This document shows positions 10,553 through 20,770 of a stretch of DNA of 64,000 nucleotides, in pieces. Each line of letters opens with the position of its first letter. Positions within the stretch are counted from its first letter, which is position 1. The position numbers and the translations under genes are program-made. The notes beneath the pieces are model-generated. The model saw only the letters and a list, made by a program, of their open reading frames with translations. It had not been told where the DNA came from and made no database searches. This DNA is from Chlorokybus atmophyticus (taxonomy: Eukaryota > Plantae > Mesostigma and Chlorokybus algae): contig RHPI01000977.1 in the NCBI GenBank assembly GCA_009103225.1, positions 1 through 64,000 of the forward strand, in the 5' to 3' direction.

Positions 10553-13500
10553 TGACGGTCACGTGCTTGCCTTGGTTGGCGATCGTGGCTGCATTGGCGT
10601 TGATGCGCAGCCTCTTGAAGCGACGGAATCTCTTGCGTGGAGAGACTGTTGCTTCACTCTCATCTGCGGGGCCTGGCCGTAGGGCAGCCAGGGCTCCTCT
10701 GCCTGATGGATCTTGTGCACCTCCTTGTCCTCGGCTTTGTCTAAACCGTCCTTGTCGCGGTTGCTGGTACACGCGTGGTGGCCTAGGCACTGCAGGTGCT
10801 GCTGCAACCTGTCCAAGTGGAGGTGCAGGAGGGTTGACCCTCTGTGCAGCTGTTGTCATGCCAGGAGGAGTGGCCAGTGGCTGTGGCGGGAACCCTGGAG
10901 GACCTGGTGTTTGCGGAACTGCCTCTCGTGCAGCCTGCTCCTCTGCATAGGTCCATCGCACAGCATGGGCAACCTCTCTGACTAGTGTACCTTCCCATGT
11001 AGCCGTCGCATTGTTGTTCACGTCTATGTAGCGATGGTTCTAAGGCATGGGCTGCAGGTACACGGCGCGTAGGAGCCGCGCTCTCATGTCGTGAGTGATG
11101 GTGGGCACCCTGAGGATCCCTGCCATGTAAGCATCCCATCTGCCGTTGACCACTCCCACTTCCAGCACTGTTATTGCTCGTGCGCGTACAGTGAGGCGGA
11201 TCTCTGGCTGTCGGACATGCTGCTCGTAAGCAGCGGCGATGCCCCTGCGCTGACGCCCAGCCTCCACTCCTGGCAAACTCAGTATAGCCTCCAGAGCTCC
11301 CTCCAGAGTGTCAGTGGCGGCGCAAGCCGCTTCATCATAGGCTTGCCGTATGGAGCGAAGGAATGCGTCCACCCACGCTATTCTGGCGCCGAAGGCGAAC
11401 AACGGGACTGCGGGATGGTTGGTGACCAGCCACGTCACTAACCGCGCGCGTGCCGCGTTGCCATTGTCTCGCATCCCAAGCATCTGCCGAAGCCCAATGC
11501 CTTCTTGCCGATGCAGCATGGTTGCTTGTCACAACAGAGCAGTGCGTAGTTGTTGCTCTCCAACCAATCCTGCTCCAAATCTTTGTGTACACCCTTGTGG
11601 TGTAAGGTAGCCCCTCCCTGGCTCCCTTTGGTCCTCAGGTAGATCCTCCACCAGCGCAGGCAGCAACGGGGCGATCATCCCCCTGGTTTGTTGAGCCAAC
11701 GCCCTCGCTTGGTCAGAGTTGGTCTCGACGAAGAGCGGAGTGGTGCTGGAGGATGGACCAGCAGCTGGTGATTGAGGTACTGGTGCACGCGTAGCTTCAA
11801 GAGCTTGTTCACGTGCAGCAATGGCGGCAGCTTGATCTTGCCGCCAATGATATGCTTGTTCCAGTGCGTGGTAGCGCTGATGAAGGCGAGCGGTTGTAGG
11901 AGGTCCGAGTGCTTCATCAGTGCCCAAAGGCAGGTCGGCTGCGTCGGCGATGCGCTGCTGGACGGTGTCTCGGCGGTCCCGATACGTGTCCAGCGGGCTG
12001 GGTTCAAAGGTGGTGGTTGGCATGCGTGCAGGCTGGTGCGGGGCGGTCTGCATGTTATTGTGCAACGCCCAAAACAGCTGCAGGGCCAACTCCAACTCTA
12101 CAGGTGGGCTGTAGCTGATCAAAAACACTCTGTCACGCATCGGAGGTGCAATGCCAGCAAGGATCTCATCTTCCAATTGGTGTTGAGTGAGTGCTGGAAG
12201 GGTGTGAACCTCTGGTAGCGGGAAGACGCGATCATCGCGGGCGACACGCGTGGTGCGCTCCCCCCCCCGACCGAAGGCGATGGTAGTGGGGTCTGCTCCG
12301 CGCAGGATGGTTTCCCATGCTCGCTCAGCTTGCTGACCAGTTGGGACAGCCTGAGTGACGTCGAGAGCGGGCAGAGTGGCTGCGCGTGTCGCTGCAGCAA
12401 CAGCGGACTCGACGATGGAAATTGTGGCAGTTGCGACGGTACCGGTCCGTGGTGCGAGAGTTGCCTCAACGCCTACGGACACAGGCACTGCTGCAATGGG
12501 AAGTGCACCGCCCATTGGTGCAGATTCGGTAGAGATGGCGGCTGTTGCCATTGTGCTCACCAGTGTCGGCGTCCCGGTGTCCATCGGTGTACCGGTTTGT
12601 GGTGCAACTGGAGTGGGTGCTGCTGACGTTGGTGGAGTCGACGTTGTAGCCGGTGTGGCTGTTGCTGCGGAGGCAGCACCACTGGTGGCTTCGGAGTAGG
12701 TGCCTGCTGATGGTGTTGCAGCTTCCCCTGGTGCTCGTCGTGATGGTTGCACGCGGGACGGAGTGTTCCTGTCTCTCTCGCGTTTTGCAGCCATCACCGC
12801 CCGTCGGGCAGCGTAGCAGGCACGGTAGTCCTGCTCCTTGTCTTCCTTCAAGCGTACCATATGCGCTATGAGGGCTGCCATATGGTCATCAGCTGGTGGG
12901 TTGGCTGAAGCCTTGGCGGCAACAGCAGCAGCGCGCGGACGTGTCTCTGGTCCCTTACGCTGAGGAGGTCTGTTCTTCCCCCTGTAGCCTTGCTCTTCCT
13001 TGCGAACACTGGCGTTGTTGTTGTTGTTACTGCCACCAGCGTTGTTGCTGTTGTGGGCTCCAGTGTTGTTGCTGTTGTAGCCACCGGGGTAGTTGTGGTT
13101 GTAGCTGTGGGCGGGCCTCAACTCTGGGAACTTAAGTCAGCAGACTGACTCAAAATGACCAGTCTTGTGACAGTGGTCGCAAACCAAAGTTGAGTATTCT
13201 TCGGTGCACTCCTTTTGGTAGTGCCCATGCCGTCCACAGCGATGACACAGCACAGGGGCAGCAAGTGCAGCATGAGCTGACCGTTTCCCTTTGTCGCGTG
13301 CTGGTGGAGCGTCCCGGCCACGGTCGCGGCGAGGAGGCTCAGTTGTCGTGCTGACTACAAGCCGTGCGGCGCTGCGGTTGGTGTTTAGCACTGCCTTCTC
13401 ATACACCAAGCGCTTGTGGATGGCTTGTGCAGTCTCAAAGGCTTCTTTGAGGGTGTAGCCAAGGGGCCTGCTGTAGTTCAGAGTCAGGCGTCTCGACTCG

Positions 13501-14531
13501 CTCAGAGCAGCATCCAACTCATTGACGTATATCACTGCAGCAGCCTCCTCACTGACATTCTTGTAGTCAGTGTCCTTCAGCAGACCTTCCAGTCTGGAGT
13601 ACAAGCGGAGGGGATTCTCATTGGGCTTGCGTCGGAAGCGTCTCAGCTCCTCAACCTTGCTGGTGGTCTGAGGAGGGAAGGTGCGGCGCATGGCAGCGTA
13701 CAGGTACTTGAGTGGAGAATCAGAGATGGCAGCACCTACGGTGATGGCTGGTGCGCGCAGTGCTACTGACCCGAGGGTGAAAGCGCTGCCTCTTGCACAA
13801 GAGCCAGGTGTTGCTGGAGGTAGAGGAGTACCCCACTCTGCGGCTGCCGCTTGCTGTACAGCGCTTTGTTCCTCAATGATGATGGCAGCACGGTCACGGA
13901 TGCGGACTCGACGTGTGGCCTCCTTGGACTCAACTTCTGCAGGGGTCAAGTTGACAAGTACCAACTCTGGTTCCTCCTCCTCTGCCTGCTTGAGAGCTGC
14001 AGCTATGGACAAGCCTGTTACTGCAACTAAAGTGGCAGGTGGAACGACACCTGCTGGACGTTGCTGAGATGCAAATGCTATAGTGCTGGCAAGCTCGCCA
14101 TAGCCGTTTACTCGATGCAGTTCAGCAACGGACTTCCAGACATCGTGTGCTTCATGATTAAGATACTGAGCAGCAATGTGGAAAGAGATCTCATCTGACC
14201 AGTCTTTGTTCTTCAGAGCTTGCTGCCGCATCTTGGAGTGGAACTTAATGATGAACTCATCCAGCGAGGTGGTGCCGGCACGTCCGGAGAAGCGCAGGGA
14301 TGTGGTTGAGCTGGAAGACTCCATCTCGTTGTCGTCGCTGTCCGATGATAGTGGAGAAGCTTGATGACGAGGAGTAGAGTGGAGCGGGGTGAAGCTGGAG
14401 ATGGAGCGCGAGCCTCTGCTGCTGCGGTCGATGCTCCCGTCACTGGTCCGCTCGTAGGTGAGGTTGGTGGTTGGGCTCCAACTGCTGAGGTCACCCTCGT
14501 CTATTGGGGAGAACGGGGTGGGCCTGCTCAT
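10553..14531 (-). pseudogene. gag and long gag-protease linker of copy 2
   Basis: ORF 13137-14531 ends in two zinc knuckles (CHRCGRHGHYQKEC and CDHCHKTGHFESVC). After one TGA it continues in frame into 11529-13121, then into 11040-11519 and 10542-11021 through disruptions. Confidence 0.85.
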
Positions 14532-14589
14532 ACAGCTGGTCCAGAGGTGAAAGGGTAGAGTGCTTGTGCTCTACCGTCTATCCTGATGC

Positions 14590-15697
14590 TGTTACCACCC
14601 AACACACTAGTGCTTGTGCGCACTATGTGATGACAATGATAACGAATGCCCAGCGATGTATCCCTGGGTGCAGACTGCACAATCTGATGCAGATTGCAAC
14701 ACACTCACTTGTGCAAAGAGGGTGACACTGTAAGTCGACAAGCCACTACGATAGGTAGTGCTGTGGACACAGTTCTTTGCATGAGTGGATAGAATGATAC
14801 ACTGTTAAGTGAGGTGAATGAGTGTGCAACACGTGGATACAACACCCTGACTACTGAAACAACACACCACCGTCAAGCTCACAGCAATGACAGGCACAGC
14901 GCACAAGAGCATGCACCGTGTCTCACGCAGTAAGGGAATTCTTGGCAACCGGGGCAGCGTGCTTCCAGTTCAAGTCGCTTCACAAGCTCTTTAGAAACAG
15001 AGTCTTTACTTCTTAGTACTCCTAGTACTCACAGTACTCACTTACAGTGTCACCAGCTGGTCTGGTGACGTGACTTCCTACTTATACATGTCAAATTATG
15101 ACTGTGCAGTGCCACGCGCGCACTAGGCCAACGGTCACATCGAGGCCTCATGCTATTTCGGAAATCTCCTAAGACTCGATATAGCACATGTGTTATTAAC
15201 AAACTTACAACTAATCAGCTACGCGCGGTCCCTACAGCCAGGTCTATAAAGTAGCCCTAGCTACATAAGCGGTACAGTAGCTAGCAGTAGGCTGGGGCTC
15301 GCGCGGTCTTCATGCTGGTAGCCCGGGCGTGGGGCTGGGTGTAGGCATGCTCGAGAAGGGCTGGCATGCGAGGGTAGATGGCATAACAGAGTACATTTCA
15401 CGCGGCAGCTGACTAGGCAGTCCGCGTCACAAGATATTGCGCAGCGGTAGCTGATTACGCAGTCCGCGTCACATGGCAGGTATCGTGCAATCTGATCAGC
15501 TGCGTCACCGCTGCCTCAGTAGGTCACGTCGCAGACAGGCAGCTGCCGGGCTGGTCGCAGGCGAAGTCACGCGCGGCAGCAGAGAACGCTTGTACAGCTT
15601 GTAAAAGCCCTTCATAAAGCCTTAATAAAGCAAAAAAAAAAGGCAAAACACATATTGTACATGTAGTAAATTATGGAAAAAGGTCCAAGCTGTTACA
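14590..15697. repeat. LTR-like sequence, homologous to 4847-5078 but in inverted orientation
   Basis: On the + strand it runs TGTTACC...CTGTTACA with TATAAA (~15246) and AATAAA (~15624). Its reverse complement shares TGTAACAGCyTGG, TGCCTTTTTT, GGGCTTTTA and CTGCTGCCGCGCGyGACT(T)CGCCTGCGACC with 4847 onward. Confidence 0.6.
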
Positions 15698-15794
15698 GCA
15701 ATCTAACTGAACGTGTATGGCACTGGTTGAAGACGTTGCGCTTGTCAGTATACCAATGACATCTGCTATTGTTCGTTTACACCCCAAAAGGGGT

Positions 15795-17545
15795 ACCGAT
15801 GGACTAGGATGGGTATGTCCCACCCTCTCCGCAACGACTTAATCAAGGCATACAATATCGACACTGTGTCTCATCATCTGACATGATTGTACTCTACACT
15901 GGCCTACTATACATGATGGCAAGTTTGTTAGCACCCATGTGCATGTGTGCTCGTGCACATGCAACCGCATCACGCCCCCGTCACAGGCTACCAACCTGTT
16001 GCCGGATTGCTATCGTTAATTAGGTAAGGTTGTCCAACATGCAAAGCTTCAATGGCTGACTATAGTCGCTGCTAAGGCTATGCGCACTAGCTAGGTTAGC
16101 TGCTGCAGGTTGGGTACCATAAAGCTCACTCCAAGCTGTATCAAGCGAGCTCGCCACCATCGAGAAGGTGACAACATGTCACCTTCTCAATTGTACAGTT
16201 GGCAGTACAGCTTTTGCAGGAGGTAGTACCGTCTTGGCCGGGTACAACTGTCCGCTGGGTCATGGCGGAGGTAATGCTTGGGTTTCGCACTCGTGTAATA
16301 GCGCCCGTACCAATTAGCAAGGTCAAATGGTTCAACGGCTACACGGTGGTTGTTGCCACGCTGTAGCCATGTGCTTTTTCTTGAAGACAGGAACCCAACA
16401 AGGAATGATCCGCTATCATGAACATCTGTCACCCAGTCCCAAAACCCCGCCAGCAAGCGTCGGGCATCCTCCACTTGCTGGATGTCACTATCTGCAGCTT
16501 GTGACAGGGCTCTGGCAGCTCTGAACTCCTCATAATGAGTATTGGGTTACTTTCTTTTGAAGCAAGAAATGGTCGCATGGCCTCAATCGTTTTTCTCGTG
16601 TATTGCGTGTGCAACTGCCACATCAACTCCAACTTGCGGTCGCGGCGGCTGAACCATATTGTTACCAGTGAAGAAACAAATCCAAGCGCACCCAACACAG
16701 CGCCAAGAATGCTAATGGAGTTTACCATGATGGAGAGCTGCAAAATAACACTGCAGCTTTCCCAGCGCTGCCATGTAAGGAGTTGGAATGGCTTACTCGC
16801 ATGCTGCATCCAATCAAGAGAGTAGAATTGTTTGCGTACACTCACAATGTGATTTGATACATGCAAAATGCAATCACATATCTTTTATGCACAGCACAGC
16901 ACCGAGTATGATAGTGTGCAAAGGTGCTGTCAACTGTAGCAACCTCCGGAACTGGTTGTTGGCAAGGGGAAGGGCTACAACAGAACAAACACGTAGTAAT
17001 AACATACCTTCATGTTCGAAAACGCTGCACCCTTGGACGTGATACAGACGCAAACGTTAAGGTAGATTCAGCCCTTACCATTCATTCACACATGCAGTCT
17101 CGCGCGTACAGCTTTGAACGTGCATCCCGACATACACTGCTCTCTCTCGCACTAACACTTGCATAAGCTTGCATGCAATTCAAGTGACGCATTTTTGCTA
17201 ACACACTCGCCCCACACGCAGCATCACCAACATTCGCTTTCGGCCCCATACACGCATATTCTCCGCTCACTCTCATGCACAGACAGCGCGCTGGACTCCA
17301 AACAAGCTTTCGTAAGATACCTCTAGCTGGTCACCAGCTGGATGCTTGCAAGAATGAATGCATGCGTGCAAGTGTGGGGATTGAGAGCATGAGAAGCAGA
17401 ATTGGGAAGGCGGACGAGTGGGCGGCCAACCTGTGCAGCAGTGCTGTCAAGCTTAAAAGTGAAGCCAGCAAGCCGGCAGGCAGCGATGACGCCTACTCAT
17501 GCACGGCGCAGACGACAAGGCCGCCGCCGCCCCCGGCCAGCATGT
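15795..17545 (+). repeat. Dispersed direct duplication, paralog of ~52070-53705
   Basis: Colinear shared blocks, e.g. AGCTTCAATGGCTGACTAyAGT, GGAATGATCCGCT (GAAATGATCCGCT in the other copy), AAACGCTGCACCCTT and ATGACGCCTACT. Confidence 0.85.
16187..16728 (-). pseudogene. Frameshifted small protein with an N-terminal transmembrane helix (copy A)
   Basis: MVNSISILGAVLGALGFVSSLVTIWF is followed, after a frame change near 16540, by QQVEDARRLLAGFWDWVTDV...WLQRGNNHRVAVEPF. These motifs are conserved in the 52.4-53 kb copy. Confidence 0.55.
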
Positions 17546-18074
17546 CTAGCTGAGTCAACTCAGCTTGCCTTGACTTCGTCCTCTCAGAAGGAGTTTGCTT
17601 TCCTTAGCAAGCGGTACAACTTATTGCGTGCATGAGACAGACGCGTGCGGTTGAGGCAGCCTGAGGTAAAGTGGATGGACATCTGGTTGATTGAATGGTT
17701 TTAAAGTGGTTTTAAAGTTTCGATTGTCATTGACTGTGTTTGTGCTTATGAAGTCAAGTAGAGCAAGCACAGACTCAGCCCTCGCATGTGTAATGCCATG
17801 CTGGACACTGAGACAACCTGTCTGCAATAATAAGGCGTGGATACTGAGTGTACAACAAGTGTGCAATCATTAATGATTGGAAAAAAGCTTATCGCAATTG
17901 GTAAAACTTCAATGTAATGTTTCCTGCTCCCATCTGCTTATACATCACGGCAACAAGCACAATTTGAATCAATCCTTTTTCAAAGCATGCATATATTTTG
18001 CGAGCTCACAAACGCACGCGCACTCACCCCCACCTATACATCTACCAAACTTGGTGTGACACACACAGTCCCGC

Positions 18075-18584
18075 TGTAACGGGAGCAATAATAATAGGGG
18101 TATTATTGCTACCTAAATAACACATTTTGTATGAATAAGTATTTAAATATGCTTATTTATACCTCTTTTTAACGGTTCCTCGCTTTTTAAAGGCTATGAT
18201 GCTTTATCATAGCTTAAATAAGTCTCAATGGGTGTAGAACCGCTTATTCAAGCATATTTAGTGTCACATTTGATATAATGTGATCACTATCTTATTAGGT
18301 ACCTTACAATAGGTATTTTATGATAGGTACCTTATCTGAGCTGTGATTGGCTCACGCTATATTTCCTAACTACCCTATCTGTAGGGTCGATGTCTAGTTG
18401 TGAGTTAATTATCGAGAGGTATATAGTTGATATACTCTTGATATAAAAGGTCACCAATCTGATGTGGGGACTTTTCAGTTCTTTGCTCAGTGGCGGCCAC
18501 ACCGTTGAAAGGCTTGTCGTAGGCGGTGTGGGTGTTGGGGTAGAGGATTGAAGGGGCATCACCGGCGACGGTGGTGCTGTTACA
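18075..18584 (+). repeat. 5' LTR
   Basis: Direct repeat of 24637-25172; the visible differences are mostly transitions. Confidence 0.95.
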
Positions 18585-18860
18585 TTGGTATCCAGGAGCT
18601 GGGGGGTGACGTGGGTACTTATAGGGGGCGGCGACCTGCTTTCAGCCAGAAGGCGTCAGCGGCGGCCTCCTATTCGTCCCCGCAGCCCAAGCTTCAAGTT
18701 CGCTTCCCTGCGCTACCTCCACGTTGAAGCCACCTATCAAAGAGGCGGCCTTTCCACGTGTGAGGTACCATCACACACGTCGGTGACTTGCCTGCTTGTC
18801 AGCTGCTTGCCAGGTACTTGCCAGGTGCACGTGTGTACTTTTACACACAGTGACTTGCCA

Positions 18861-19086
18861 GTGCACTATCATTGCTTGCAATGATTGCCTGTCATTGCAT
18901 GCGATGATTGCAGCTTGCTAGTGCGCCATCACTGTTTATCACACTTGGTGCACTTTCATTGCTTGCAGTGATTGCCTGTCATTGCATGCGGTGATTGCGG
19001 CTTGCTAATGTGCCATCACTGTTTATCACACTTAGTGCACTATCATGGCTTGCAGTGTTTGCCTATCATTGCATGCGGTGATTGCT
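18861..19086 (+). repeat. 87-bp tandem repeat (~2.6 units) in the retroelement leader
   Basis: GTGCACTwTCAT units start at 18861, 18948 and 19035. A separate 98-bp-spaced duplication (AAACCCTCCCCCTC) is at 19250 and 19348. Confidence 0.85.
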
Positions 19087-19630
19087 TATCATTGTGCTTG
19101 CCAGTGCATGTCACAGTTAGTCACCATACGGCTTGCATGTTGCATGCCTGTGGCTTGCCTGTTGCATGCCTGTGACGTACCTGTGACCTGCCAGTGGCTT
19201 TGCCGGGTCGCTTGACCCGGGTCCGTAAGTTTCAAGCCAGACTGTTCATAAACCCTCCCCCTCTGGCTTCGGCCTGGAGATCGGGACTTGGTTAGAACAG
19301 TTGTGGGGAGATTCTAGGACAATCTGTTCCCAAACCCTATTAGTCTAAAACCCTCCCCCTCAGGCTTCGGCCTGGAGATTTGGACTTGGTTGAGGACAAC
19401 ACAGGGTTAGGACATTCTGGTCCCACTCAGACTTGTTCTGTCTGATGACACTCCAGATCCAACCTTTCCTATTTTGGGACTGATTGGACTCTGTTTGGGA
19501 CTTTTACAAGTTGGGGTCATTTTGATCTTCTCGTTGAACCTGGTCCATTGGTAAGGTTCTCACCATCCCATTCTGCCTGTTTTGCAGACAAATGGAAGAA
19601 AACTCGGTGCCCACCTAAAAAGGGGAGAGC

Positions 19631-20767
19631 TTGGAAAAAGAGCAACTTTCCCATGAGGAGGAATTTCCATCCATGGAAGATATTCCGAAACCGGATGATG
19701 CACCTGATGAGTCTCAAGCTGCCAAAGCTGCGGAAGCTTCAGTGGATGATAGATCACCTTCTATAATCCCAGAGTTTTCTATTCGCATGACACAGCAGGA
19801 CTTGATGAAGCATTTCCTTAGCATCTATGATCAGGACCCTCGTGAGGCAATTGTCTCATTCATGAACTTTCTCTTCCTTTCAGCAGAAAAAGTTTTAAAG
19901 CTCACCACCTTTATGGGGCGAGATTGGGAGGGGCAGATGGGTGAAGGCAAACGTGTTCTGAACATAATCGAGCGTCTTCAACGTGCTGACGGTGGTCCAA
20001 CTGTTCAAGAACTTGCGCGTCCTGCCAAGTTTTTTCTCAACAAGCAAGCGGCCATCTTGGACTGGCTTGTGAAGTTGCGACACTATGTCAACTCCCTTCA
20101 CATCTCTGAGGAGGGGAAATTGCGTGCAGCTGAGTTGCTGATCCCAAACGATGCTCTGGCAGAGTGGTACCGCCGTAAGCAACGGGATACAAACCTCGGG
20201 TGGGAAGTAAATCAATTGTGCTCGTTCATGGAGCAGCGCTATGGTGGCGCAGATCCTGCTCAGGTTGCTCGCAACCAGCTGCACAACCTGCGTCAGAACG
20301 GGCGTCCGGTTCAGCAGTATATTCAGGATTTTCAGTCGTTTGTCAGCAAGATCAATGCTGGCAAACTACCTATCAGTGATGCTGATCAGCTGTATATGTT
20401 CAAGCGTGGCTTGGATACAGATCTCGTGCAGCATGTGGCCGTCAACCCCGCGAGTTTGCAAGGGTGGGCCTCAACGGATTTACCAATGCTGATGCAGATG
20501 GTTGCTGCTGTGGACGGTGTAAAGCGCTCTCACGCAAACATGCAAACCACGGCAAAAGAGGCAGCCCCGGTTTCAGCTGCAAAGCGCCCGGCCACTGACA
20601 ACAAACCTTTCGTGAAAGAGGCGAGACCATCTCATCCTGCTAGCCCCTACAACGCGGCCATATCCATCATCACTTGCAGTTTCTGCAAGAAGATAGGTCA
20701 TGGGGAGGCTAAGTGCTATGCAAAACAGAATTCACAGAAGGCCAAGCAGCAGAGAGACAAGAAATAG
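19631..20767 (+). CDS. Gag (378 aa)
   Basis: Retrotransposon gag features: ARNQLHNLRQNGRPVQQYIQDF, MFKRGL, and the knuckle CSFCKKIGHGEAKC. Confidence 0.9.
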   Translation: MEKEQLSHEEEFPSMEDIPKPDDAPDESQAAKAAEASVDDRSPSIIPEFSIRMTQQDLMKHFLSIYDQDPREAIVSFMNFLFLSAEKVLKLTTFMGRDWEGQMGEGKRVLNIIERLQRADGGPTVQELARPAKFFLNKQAAILDWLVKLRHYVNSLHISEEGKLRAAELLIPNDALAEWYRRKQRDTNLGWEVNQLCSFMEQRYGGADPAQVARNQLHNLRQNGRPVQQYIQDFQSFVSKINAGKLPISDADQLYMFKRGLDTDLVQHVAVNPASLQGWASTDLPMLMQMVAAVDGVKRSHANMQTTAKEAAPVSAAKRPATDNKPFVKEARPSHPASPYNAAISIITCSFCKKIGHGEAKCYAKQNSQKAKQQRDKK

Positions 20768-20770
20768 GAA

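Larger units (their letters stand above)
4847..15697 (-). mobile_element. Near-complete Ty3/gypsy LTR retrotransposon encoding a DNMT3-like methyltransferase and a PHD finger (copy 2)
   Basis: Domain order is gag (2 CCHC) - long linker - protease - C5 MTase - RT - RNase H - integrase - PHD, with a PPT next to 5078. Several stops and frameshifts are present. Confidence 0.88.

Noticed and set aside
13137-13139. Programmed TGA readthrough after the gag zinc knuckle
   Set aside because: The context C*LKFPELRP matches the usual knuckle ending CWxKxPELxP, so it is most likely a TGG-to-TGA mutation.
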